From positions 1 through 18,566 of the forward strand of contig JAYUGC010000010.1 of assembly GCA_043767805.1 (NCBI GenBank): a stretch of 18,566 nucleotides of DNA, in the 5' to 3' direction. The translations under genes and the position numbers were made by a program. Below the pieces are notes generated by a model. It did no database searches and was not told the DNA's origin. It saw only the letters and a list, made by a program, of their open reading frames with translations. Source of the stretch: Pseudomonadota bacterium. Lineage in GTDB: Bacteria > Bdellovibrionota > FAC87 > UBA2466. Of the stretch, positions 1 through 7,045 are shown piece after piece (the first letter of the stretch is position 1; the number at the start of each line of letters is the position of its first letter).

Positions 1-19
1 AAGCGATCAGTAGTTTCAT
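1..19 (-). CDS. 5' end of a divergent gene (MKLLIA...), truncated by the window edge; product unknown
   Basis: ATG AAA CTA CTG ATC GCT on the - strand from 19, downstream of two promoter-like motifs facing the same way (57-85 and 88-104). Only 6 codons are visible and there is no clear SD. Confidence 0.4.
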
Positions 20-56
20 GGAGTGTCTTTGGAAAAAGAGGAAAGACGTTTGATCT

Positions 57-85
57 ATTGTACGGCCGCGGGAGCGCAATCACAA
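57..85 (-). promoter_or_regulatory. Putative sigma70 promoter for the divergent gene
   Basis: - strand TTGTGA (85-80), 17-nt spacer, TACAAT (62-57). Confidence 0.5.
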
Positions 86-87
86 TA

Positions 88-104
88 TGCAGAAGTTGTG
101 CCAA
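88..104 (-). promoter_or_regulatory. Putative sigma54 (-24/-12) promoter
   Basis: - strand TTGGCACAACTTCTGCA has exact GG-N10-GC spacing and closely matches TGGCAC-N5-TTGCW. Confidence 0.65.
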
Positions 105-110
105 CCGTGA

Positions 111-139
111 TTGAAACCCACCTCCGCGTTTGCTATCCT
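111..139 (+). promoter_or_regulatory. Putative sigma70 promoter of the lptC-lptB-rpoN-hpf operon
   Basis: TTGAAA (111-116), 17-nt spacer, TATCCT (134-139), with an extended -10 TG at 131-132. This argues for ATG 163 rather than TTG 130 as the lptC start. Confidence 0.6.
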
Positions 140-162
140 GGGGACTGAGGATCTATTACGCG

Positions 163-1113
163 ATGCGCTATATCGGAGTTGGAATCGTCGCGGCCCTGAC
201 GTTTATCGTCGTCTTGCTGTGGCCTTTGGATTCCAACCGCGGGCATGTCGCCGAAGGTGAGCCTCCACCGAGTGACGAGGGCTTGTATCAGTCGAGTCTG
301 ACCAAAGCGAACTTCGGGCTCTTGGGAGTAGATTTTTACGAGACCTCCGACGGAAGGAAACACTGGAACATTCGTTCCGATTTCGCGGAGCTCCATAGGA
401 AAGACAATTACGCGTTTCTCAAACAAGTGGATGCCGATTTTTTCGCCGAAAAAACGGGAAACCTCGTCAATACGACAAGCGACTACGGCCGCTCGTGGCT
501 CGACAAGCGCCTTGTCCACTTGGAGGGCAACGTGCTGATCAAGAGCCGCCAAGGGTATCTCTTCGCGATGAACCAGCTCGATTACACCGGAGCCAATCAT
601 CAGTTCCAGTCGGCGGACTGGGTGACCATGCGCGGGCCGAACATCAATCGCCCGAGCCTTCACCTTCAAGGCATCGGCTTGAACGCCGACATCGATCGAG
701 AGCACTTCCGGCTCAGGAGAAAAGTCACCGGCCGAAAACGCCTGCCGGACTCCGAATGGCTCCGCATCACGTCGAACTCGGGCGAGTTCTACACGAACGA
801 GTCCATCGCCATCTTCACCGGCAAAGTAAAATCGAAGATGCCGAAATTGGATTTGGAAAGCGACGAGTTCAAGCTGACCACCGTGGGCGACAAGGAGTTC
901 ATTTCCGCCAAGGGCAATGTGGTCTTGAAAAACCGCGATCGGCTCGGCACGGCTGAGAGCGCTTACATCGAGCTCGGCGGCGAGCAGATTCAGCTCTCCG
1001 GAAAAGCCAAGGTGAACTCCAACGGCAACGAGATTCTGGGCCAGGTCATCAAGATTTATACGAACGACGACCGCATCGAAGTGGAACAAGCTTCGGGGAA
1101 GGTCATCAACTAA
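163..1113 (+). CDS. lptC: LPS export periplasmic protein LptC with an additional C-terminal LptA/OstA-like beta-jellyroll region
   Basis: Single N-terminal TM helix (YIGVGIVAALTFIVVLLWPL). LptC-like segments (GRKHWNIRSDFAE, VHLEGNVLI, LQGIGLNADI) are followed by LptA-like segments (AIFTGKV, ISAKGNVVL, IQLSGKAKV, NEILGQVIKI). The stop overlaps the lptB start. The ORF track starts at TTG 130; ATG 163 is preferred. Confidence 0.8.
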   Translation: MRYIGVGIVAALTFIVVLLWPLDSNRGHVAEGEPPPSDEGLYQSSLTKANFGLLGVDFYETSDGRKHWNIRSDFAELHRKDNYAFLKQVDADFFAEKTGNLVNTTSDYGRSWLDKRLVHLEGNVLIKSRQGYLFAMNQLDYTGANHQFQSADWVTMRGPNINRPSLHLQGIGLNADIDREHFRLRRKVTGRKRLPDSEWLRITSNSGEFYTNESIAIFTGKVKSKMPKLDLESDEFKLTTVGDKEFISAKGNVVLKNRDRLGTAESAYIELGGEQIQLSGKAKVNSNGNEILGQVIKIYTNDDRIEVEQASGKVIN

Positions 1114-1829
1114 TGCTTCAAGCCACCAACCTTTCCAAAGCTTTCAAAGGCCGGACGGTGGTCTCCGACGTTTCGCTCGGCATCGCGCAAGGTAAGGCCA
1201 TTGGGCTCCTCGGTCCCAACGGCGCGGGCAAAACCACCACCTTTCATATGCTGGTGGGGCTGCTTCGGCCGGACACCGGGACCGTGACGCTAGATGGCGA
1301 AAACCTCAGTCATCGCCCTATCTTCCAACGGGCGAGGCTCGGTTTGGGGTACCTCCCCCAGGAACCTTCGGTGTTTCGCAAACTTACGGTGGAAGAAAAT
1401 GTTTATTTGGTTTTGGATAATTTGAAAATAAGCCGAAAAGAGAAGAGGAACAAGGCGGAACAGGTTCTGACCGAGCTGGGAATCCGGCACCTCGCGCCGA
1501 GCAGGGCTTTTACCCTGAGCGGTGGAGAACGGCGGCGCTTGGAGATCGCCCGTTCCTTGATCCTCGAGCCGAAATTTTTGCTTTTGGACGAACCATATGC
1601 CGGCATCGATCCGCTAGCGGTGCAGGAGATTCAAAAAATCATCAAAGGACTGAAAGACCGCAATATCGGAGTGATCATCACCGATCACAACGTGCGCGAG
1701 ACACTCACCTCCTGCGATGAGGCTTATCTCATCCGAGAAGGCAAGATTTGGATGCACGGCACGCCCAAAGAAATTGTTGAAAACGAAGCGGCTAAAAGAT
1801 TTTATCTAGGAGAGGGTTTTAGGTTATAG
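1113..1829 (+). CDS. lptB: LPS export ABC transporter ATPase LptB
   Basis: Walker A GPNGAGKTT, YLPQEPSVFRKLTV, signature LSGGERRRLEIAR, LLDEPYAGIDP, ITDHNVRETL, C-terminal YLGEGFRL; located directly before rpoN. Confidence 0.97.
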   Translation: MLQATNLSKAFKGRTVVSDVSLGIAQGKAIGLLGPNGAGKTTTFHMLVGLLRPDTGTVTLDGENLSHRPIFQRARLGLGYLPQEPSVFRKLTVEENVYLVLDNLKISRKEKRNKAEQVLTELGIRHLAPSRAFTLSGGERRRLEIARSLILEPKFLLLDEPYAGIDPLAVQEIQKIIKGLKDRNIGVIITDHNVRETLTSCDEAYLIREGKIWMHGTPKEIVENEAAKRFYLGEGFRL

Positions 1830-1831
1830 CC

Positions 1832-3334
1832 ATGGCAGTAGGTCTCAAACAATCCCTCCAGCTCTCCCAGCAGCTGGTCATGACCCCGCAACTTCAGCAG
1901 GCGATTAAGCTGTTGCAGTTGTCGCGCATGGAGCTGGAGAACCTGATCAACACGGAGCTCGTGGACAATCCGATTCTCGAAGAATCCGGAGACTCCGAGC
2001 AAATCGTGCAAAGTCTCGATGAGGCCAAGCCCGCCGAGCAAACCTCCACGAAACCGGAGGAAAATCCCCAGCAGTCGGAAGACTTCAACTGGGAAAGCTA
2101 TCTAGAGAACGCCCGCTCCACGCCGAATCTTCCCGTCTACCGCGGCGGCGAGGATGATCTCCCGACTTACGAGAACACCCTCACCCAGCCGGCGAACCTC
2201 TCCGACCATCTTCTCTGGCAGCTCAAAATGAGCGACCTCGACGAGAAGCAGAAGAACATCGGCGAAATGATCATCGGTAACGTCAACGACGACGGCTACC
2301 TTCAGGCGTCTCTCGAAGAGATGGCGCTGAACCACGGCTTCGATCTGCACGAGATTGAAGCGGTCCTGTACCGCATCCAGGAGTTCGATCCCATAGGGGT
2401 CTGTGCCCGTGATTTGAAAGAGTGCCTGCTCGTTCAGATCTACGACATGGATTACGAAGACGAAGTCCTCGAAAAAATAGTGGAGAACCACCTCTCGGAT
2501 CTCGAGAAGAAGAATTACGGCGCCGTGGGCAAAGCCCTGGGCATCACCATGGATGAGGTCGTTGCGCGCGTTAAGGTCATCGAGGATCTCGAGCCGAAGC
2601 CCGGCCGCGCCTTCGGCGGCTCGCCGGCGCACTACATCATTCCCGACATCTTCATCGTGAAGCGGATCGACGAGTACGTCGTCATGCTGAACGAGGACGG
2701 GCTCCCGAAGCTCAAGATCTCCTCGTTCTACAAGAACCTGCTCGATAAGGACAAAGAAGCGGCGACCGCGGCGGCCAATGAGAACGCCAACGCTAATGCG
2801 AACCAGAATGTGGAACCGGTACTCGGCGAAGATCAGCCGACGACCAAGGAGTACATTCAAGGCAAGCTTCGCTCGGCGGTCTGGCTCATCCGCAGCATCC
2901 ATCAGCGCCAGCGCACCATTTACCGCGTCACCGAGAGCATCGTCCGGCAGCAGAGAGAGTTCTTCGACAAAGGCATCGCCTTCTTGAAACCCATGGTGCT
3001 TCGGGACGTCGCCAACGACATCGGCATGCACGAGTCCACCATCAGCCGCGTGACCACCAACAAGTACGTGCATACTCCGCGCGGCATCTTCGAGCTCAAA
3101 TTCTTCTTCAACAGCGGTATCAGCCGGCTGCACGGCAGCGACGTCGCCAGCGAGTCGGTGAAGGAGAAGGTGAAAGAGATCATCAGTAAGGAAGATCCGA
3201 AACATCCTTACAGCGATCAGAAGATCGTGGAGCTCCTCAAGAAGGACAACATCGACATCGCCCGCCGCACGGTCGCGAAATACCGCGAGATGCTGGGCAT
3301 CCTTCCGTCTTCCAAGCGCAAAAAGGTTTTCTAA
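1832..3334 (+). CDS. rpoN: RNA polymerase sigma-54 factor
   Basis: Region I QQLVMTPQLQQAIKLLQLS, HTH region HESTISRVTTNKY, RpoN box ARRTVAKYRE. Confidence 0.98.
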   Translation: MAVGLKQSLQLSQQLVMTPQLQQAIKLLQLSRMELENLINTELVDNPILEESGDSEQIVQSLDEAKPAEQTSTKPEENPQQSEDFNWESYLENARSTPNLPVYRGGEDDLPTYENTLTQPANLSDHLLWQLKMSDLDEKQKNIGEMIIGNVNDDGYLQASLEEMALNHGFDLHEIEAVLYRIQEFDPIGVCARDLKECLLVQIYDMDYEDEVLEKIVENHLSDLEKKNYGAVGKALGITMDEVVARVKVIEDLEPKPGRAFGGSPAHYIIPDIFIVKRIDEYVVMLNEDGLPKLKISSFYKNLLDKDKEAATAAANENANANANQNVEPVLGEDQPTTKEYIQGKLRSAVWLIRSIHQRQRTIYRVTESIVRQQREFFDKGIAFLKPMVLRDVANDIGMHESTISRVTTNKYVHTPRGIFELKFFFNSGISRLHGSDVASESVKEKVKEIISKEDPKHPYSDQKIVELLKKDNIDIARRTVAKYREMLGILPSSKRKKVF

Positions 3335-3346
3335 GAGGTTCACATC

Positions 3347-3709
3347 ATGAAATTGTCATTCGCTTTCATCCACATGGAACAGTCGGAAGCCATCAAGGAG
3401 CTCGTCACCAAGAAGATAGAGAAGCTCCAGAAGTACGTCTCCTATCCTCTCGATTTCAAAGTGCGGATTACCGTCGACGCGAGCGATCATAAGGTCGAGA
3501 TCACCAGCCACGCCGAGCACAAAGACATGGTAGCGGAAGCGAAGACGAATGATGTGTACGAAGCCATTGACCTCGCCTGCGCGAAGATCGAGACGCAGCT
3601 CAAAAAAGAGCGCGAGAAGCGCAAGGGCCACGAGACCGCTCACCGCGACGTCGAGCACGCGGGCGAAGACATCGGCGTTTCCATCCCCCACCAGGGCAAA
3701 AAGAGCTAA
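3347..3709 (+). CDS. hpf: Ribosome hibernation promoting factor (HPF/RaiA family)
   Basis: Directly after rpoN with SD GAGG; SEAIKELVTKKIEKLQKY and DVYEAIDLACAKIETQLKKEREK match the S30AE/HPF pattern. Confidence 0.9.
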   Translation: MKLSFAFIHMEQSEAIKELVTKKIEKLQKYVSYPLDFKVRITVDASDHKVEITSHAEHKDMVAEAKTNDVYEAIDLACAKIETQLKKEREKRKGHETAHRDVEHAGEDIGVSIPHQGKKS

Positions 3710-3713
3710 GCGG

Positions 3714-3786
3714 CGGGAGCGCGGCCCGCTTCCCGAGGGCGCCTGCCCTTTGAGGCGGAGCTTTGTCCGCGCGGGCCTTAAAGGCC
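3714..3786. terminator. Run of four GC-rich hairpins between convergent transcription units; possible terminator or 3' stabilising structure
   Basis: CGGGAGCG/CGCTTCCCG (3714-3735, one bulge), AGGGC/GCCCT (3736-3749), GCGGA/TCCGC (3755-3770), GGCCTT/AAGGCC (3774-3786). No long U-tract. Confidence 0.4.
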
Positions 3787-3855
3787 GGTGACGACGAGCA
3801 TGCCGAGCACACTCATCAGCAGGCAAAAGAAGAAAAGGCGTTTAAACGACATCAT
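3778..3855 (-). CDS. Small 25-aa single-TM hydrophobic peptide MMSFKRLFFFCLLMSVLGMLVVTGL
   Basis: ATGATG at 3855 to TAA at 3780-3778, SD GGAGAG 5 nt upstream of the first ATG; basic N-terminus followed by 19 uncharged residues. Below the ORF-track length cutoff. Confidence 0.55.
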   Translation of the reverse strand: MMSFKRLFFFCLLMSVLGMLVVTGL

Positions 3856-3893
3856 AGGGTCTCTCCACCCTACTTATCGGAGAGATCTCGGGA

Positions 3894-5285
3894 CTAGTTT
3901 AGGCGGACGAGATCGGGGTATTTCCAGACGAGGTGGAGCGTGCTCGGTGAGGCAATGTAATTGGCGGGCCCGCAGTCGATGAAATACACGCCAAGGTATT
4001 TGCCGTGGATGAGGTGGATGAGCGACTGGAGATGTTCCCAGCCCCCGATCACTCGCGAAGCGTTGGCCTGCGGATAAGCGGGATTGGAACAAATCTCCAA
4101 GTCGATACGATCGATTTGCTTGGGGTCGAGGGAGCGGGCAACTTCGACGATTCCCCTCGTCGATCGCCCCCACTTCCACCAATCCAGCTGATGCAGCCAG
4201 AACAAGGAAGCCACCATCAAGAGGAGACTCGAGAGAGCGATCACCCTCGCCGTCCGCTGCGGATTTCCTTCGGGCCGGGGAATGAGAAACAGAACGAAGA
4301 GCAGGAAGAATCCGGGAAAGAGAAGCCACCCGGGCGAAAAAAAGCTGTGGCCGAGATAAGGAGCGAAAGAGACTAGGACGAAAGGCAAATAGAGCCAGCG
4401 GCCCCTGAGGTCCGCCCGTGAAGGGAGCTTACCGAGCAAGCCCCAGATGGCCGCGGATAAAATCAGCGGCAAAAAGACGCGCGGAAGAGACAGCTTCCAG
4501 GCAAACGCGTTCATCTCGAGAGTGTAGTTCGTATTGTGCGGGACAAAACCCAGCCGATAAACGAGATAGGCACCGGCTACTAAAGCAAAAGGCAAAAGAC
4601 GTAACACTCGTTGCCCGAAGCTCATCCCCTTCCAGGGTGCCTCGCAAAAAACAAAAGCTCCCAAAAGCGCCACAACGAAAACGCTCGACTCTTTCACGGT
4701 GAGCGAGACCAGCAGGGAGAAGAGCGAGAGCAGGAGACACCCCTTGTTGGCCGTTACCTGGTACTTCCAAAAAGCCCAGAGGCACGCCGAGAGCGCAAAG
4801 AGTTGCGGGCAGTTCATCAAACCCTCGCCCAGCCAGAGCAAACTACCCATATGAAGGTGCCAGGAGCCGAAGACCAAAGCGGCAAACTGCCAAGCCTTCC
4901 GCCGGCTCCCCGAGATACCTTCCACCGTGAGCGCGAGCAGCCAAACGGCCGCGGTCAGGAAGGCCATCTGCAGCAAGAACCAGGGATAGGGATGAAATCC
5001 AAAAACCCGGAAAAGCGCGTAGCTCAGCCATTTGAAGAAGGGCCGGACGAACCAGACCTGAGTGGTCTGGCCAAACTGAATGCTCGCCTCGAAATAGGAA
5101 CGCCAATTTTCCGCGCCCATTTTCCCCGAGGCGACGATGACCCAGTCGTCGTGGCGGAAATAGGCAAACGGAAACAACACACCGAGATAAACGACGAAGA
5201 AACTGAGGATGGGGAAGAGCAACCCCGAAATGTTACCACAGAGGAGTAGTGCCGCGTCACTTCGTGTAGGGATCGGGCCGGTCAC
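3894..5285 (-). CDS. Polytopic membrane protein, probable GT-C-fold glycosyltransferase (ArnT/PMT/GtrII-like)
   Basis: About 10 hydrophobic segments, an acidic DD pair (YFRHDDW) just after the first TM helix, then an RP motif (WFVRPF), a KES motif and a soluble C-terminal tail. Start uncertain: GTG 5285 or in-frame TTG 5222. Confidence 0.6.
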   Translation of the reverse strand: MTGPIPTRSDAALLLCGNISGLLFPILSFFVVYLGVLFPFAYFRHDDWVIVASGKMGAENWRSYFEASIQFGQTTQVWFVRPFFKWLSYALFRVFGFHPYPWFLLQMAFLTAAVWLLALTVEGISGSRRKAWQFAALVFGSWHLHMGSLLWLGEGLMNCPQLFALSACLWAFWKYQVTANKGCLLLSLFSLLVSLTVKESSVFVVALLGAFVFCEAPWKGMSFGQRVLRLLPFALVAGAYLVYRLGFVPHNTNYTLEMNAFAWKLSLPRVFLPLILSAAIWGLLGKLPSRADLRGRWLYLPFVLVSFAPYLGHSFFSPGWLLFPGFFLLFVLFLIPRPEGNPQRTARVIALSSLLLMVASLFWLHQLDWWKWGRSTRGIVEVARSLDPKQIDRIDLEICSNPAYPQANASRVIGGWEHLQSLIHLIHGKYLGVYFIDCGPANYIASPSTLHLVWKYPDLVRLN

Positions 5286-5441
5286 TGGTTGCTAGTACGA
5301 GGTAGGCTATTAGATCTTTCCCTCCCGAACTGCCCGCTAACAGCGGCCCGCACAATGACGAGATGAGGTGTCCGAGAGGAAGAGATCGAATAGATTTCCT
5401 CGGTTCAGCATCCAGCAACCAGTGACCGGCCCGATCCTTAC
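5266..5441. repeat. Long imperfect inverted repeat / rod-like element (~176 nt)
   Basis: 5270-5293 (GGATCGGGCCGGTCACTGGTTGCT) is the exact reverse complement of 5414-5437, extending to 28/30 over 5266-5295 vs 5412-5441. Inner arms also pair (CGAGG/CCTCG, CTATT/AATAG, GATCT/AGATC, CCTC/GAGG). Confidence 0.9.
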
Positions 5442-6448
5442 TGCATGGAAAAGTAGGGGACTAAGAAGCTCTCAAAAAGCCCACTATCGCCGGTCTTCAA
5501 ACGGAAGTCCGATTCCGCGAGTAGTGTGATTTCGCGATTTAGCTTTTCGACCGAATGATGCCGACTCTGCTTCTGAATCTGAGTGATGAAATAAGGATGA
5601 ACGCCGATTTTCCCGGCGAGGACTTTCGAATCGGTGACTCCGCTTTTAGAAAGACGGACATATTGATCGACGATGCGAAACTGACGCACGAGAAGCGAGA
5701 GCAATTTCACCTCGGCCTCTCCGGAGCGAACGAGATCCTGAAAACGCCGTAAGGAAACGGCGGGACGCCGGCAAAGAACGTCGTCGACGAAATCAAAAAC
5801 GCTTCCCCCGGCGGAGGTCACCAAAAGCTCCCGGACGTCGGCCGCCGTGATCTCCGTCCGCCTACCGATATAGGTGGACGCCTTACCGACTTCCGCCCAA
5901 AGCACGGAGAGGCTGCGGCCCGAGCTCTCGACTAATAAGCCCCAAGCTTCGTCATCAATGCCTTTGTCTGCTTTTTTTTCGAAATAGCGCTGCCATTTGG
6001 GCCAATCCCGATCGTAGGGCTCGTTGGCCTCCACGACGGCGCCGTTCGCGTCACACGCCTTGTACCAAGCTTTGCGCTTATCGACCTTCGCGCTCTGCAG
6101 CACGAAGCATGTCGTGGGCGACGGATTCTTGAAATACCCTTCCAAGGTAGCCGCCGCCGAAGCCGGCGCTTTGTCGAAACGCTGGCAGACGATGAGCTTA
6201 TTGGAATCGGGAGAGTCGAACAGTCCGGGCATCGTATCCAGAGACTGGAGCAGAGCGCGGTCATCGAGGTGCTCCCCTTCCCAGCTCTCGTAATTGAACT
6301 CACGGCTCGTCTCGTCCTTGATGAAAAACTGCTTCAGACGGTCGAGCAGGTCGGCGATCTGAAATCCTTCCTCACCGACGATGAGGTAAATCGGGCGCCA
6401 CTTGCCGCTCTCTAAGTCGCGCCATATTTGCTGGGCGGTGGTAACCAT
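5438..6448 (-). CDS. holA: DNA polymerase III subunit delta
   Basis: PIYLIVGEEGFQ N-terminus, SVFDFVD, IGVHPYF, ESDFRLKTG; conserved leuS-lptE-holA gene order. Confidence 0.93.
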   Translation of the reverse strand: MVTTAQQIWRDLESGKWRPIYLIVGEEGFQIADLLDRLKQFFIKDETSREFNYESWEGEHLDDRALLQSLDTMPGLFDSPDSNKLIVCQRFDKAPASAAATLEGYFKNPSPTTCFVLQSAKVDKRKAWYKACDANGAVVEANEPYDRDWPKWQRYFEKKADKGIDDEAWGLLVESSGRSLSVLWAEVGKASTYIGRRTEITAADVRELLVTSAGGSVFDFVDDVLCRRPAVSLRRFQDLVRSGEAEVKLLSLLVRQFRIVDQYVRLSKSGVTDSKVLAGKIGVHPYFITQIQKQSRHHSVEKLNREITLLAESDFRLKTGDSGLFESFLVPYFSMQ

Positions 6449-6451
6449 CTT

Positions 6452-7045
6452 TTAGAAGATCTCGACCATTTCGTCGTAAACGTCACGCATGATGTTGCGC
6501 GCGATATTGTCGTAACTTCCTTCAATGATGGACTGAGTCAGAAGCCCAATCGAGCTCGCTCCCTCATAGCTGTAGGTGCGAGACACCGGAGCGGCGAGAC
6601 GCTGAAAGCTTCGAAAATGGCTCGACCAGGTTACCCGCTTCAGCTTTTCGTCGACCAAGCGCAAGGAGAGCTCGACAGTAACGCCATACTCCGTCGGGAT
6701 GCGGCGATACGACTGCAGCCCGTGAAAACCCTGATCGGTGAAAGCTGTCGGAGAATAGCTGATGGAGGTCACCGTGCCTTCTAGCCGAGCCGACGCCTCG
6801 TCACGCCCGGTCAAGGTCACTTCGCCGCGGCTTTGCAGCTCGCGCAGAAGCGCGTTCGTGAAAATGCGCTCCGCCCCCACCTCTTCGGTGGCGTTACCCA
6901 ACACGGGAACGAAAAGCCCGTGCTTCGCTTTTTCGAAGGGTGTGGTCAGCCGGTGGTTCAGCGTATACCCGCACCCCGGCATCACCGCCAGAGGGAGCGC
7001 GAGCAGGCTAACCCACCACGACGTTCGCGATTTTTTCGGGCACAT
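6452..7045 (-). CDS. lptE: LPS assembly lipoprotein LptE
   Basis: Lipoprotein signal ending LAVMPG-C followed by GY (CGYTL); VPVLGNAT and FTNALLREL segments; lies between leuS and holA and overlaps the leuS 3' end by 38 nt. Confidence 0.85.
   Translation of the reverse strand: MCPKKSRTSWWVSLLALPLAVMPGCGYTLNHRLTTPFEKAKHGLFVPVLGNATEEVGAERIFTNALLRELQSRGEVTLTGRDEASARLEGTVTSISYSPTAFTDQGFHGLQSYRRIPTEYGVTVELSLRLVDEKLKRVTWSSHFRSFQRLAAPVSRTYSYEGASSIGLLTQSIIEGSYDNIARNIMRDVYDEMVEIF

Noticed and set aside
2102..3343. 413-aa antisense ORF over rpoN (likewise 133-1089, 7572-8861, 15619-16827, 17005-17703)
   Set aside because: Shadow frames directly opposite well-supported genes, expected from GC-rich codon bias; no recognisable motifs.
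5266..5441. Retron msr-msd or CRISPR interpretation of the inverted repeat
   Set aside because: No reverse transcriptase, cas gene or spaced direct repeats anywhere in the window.
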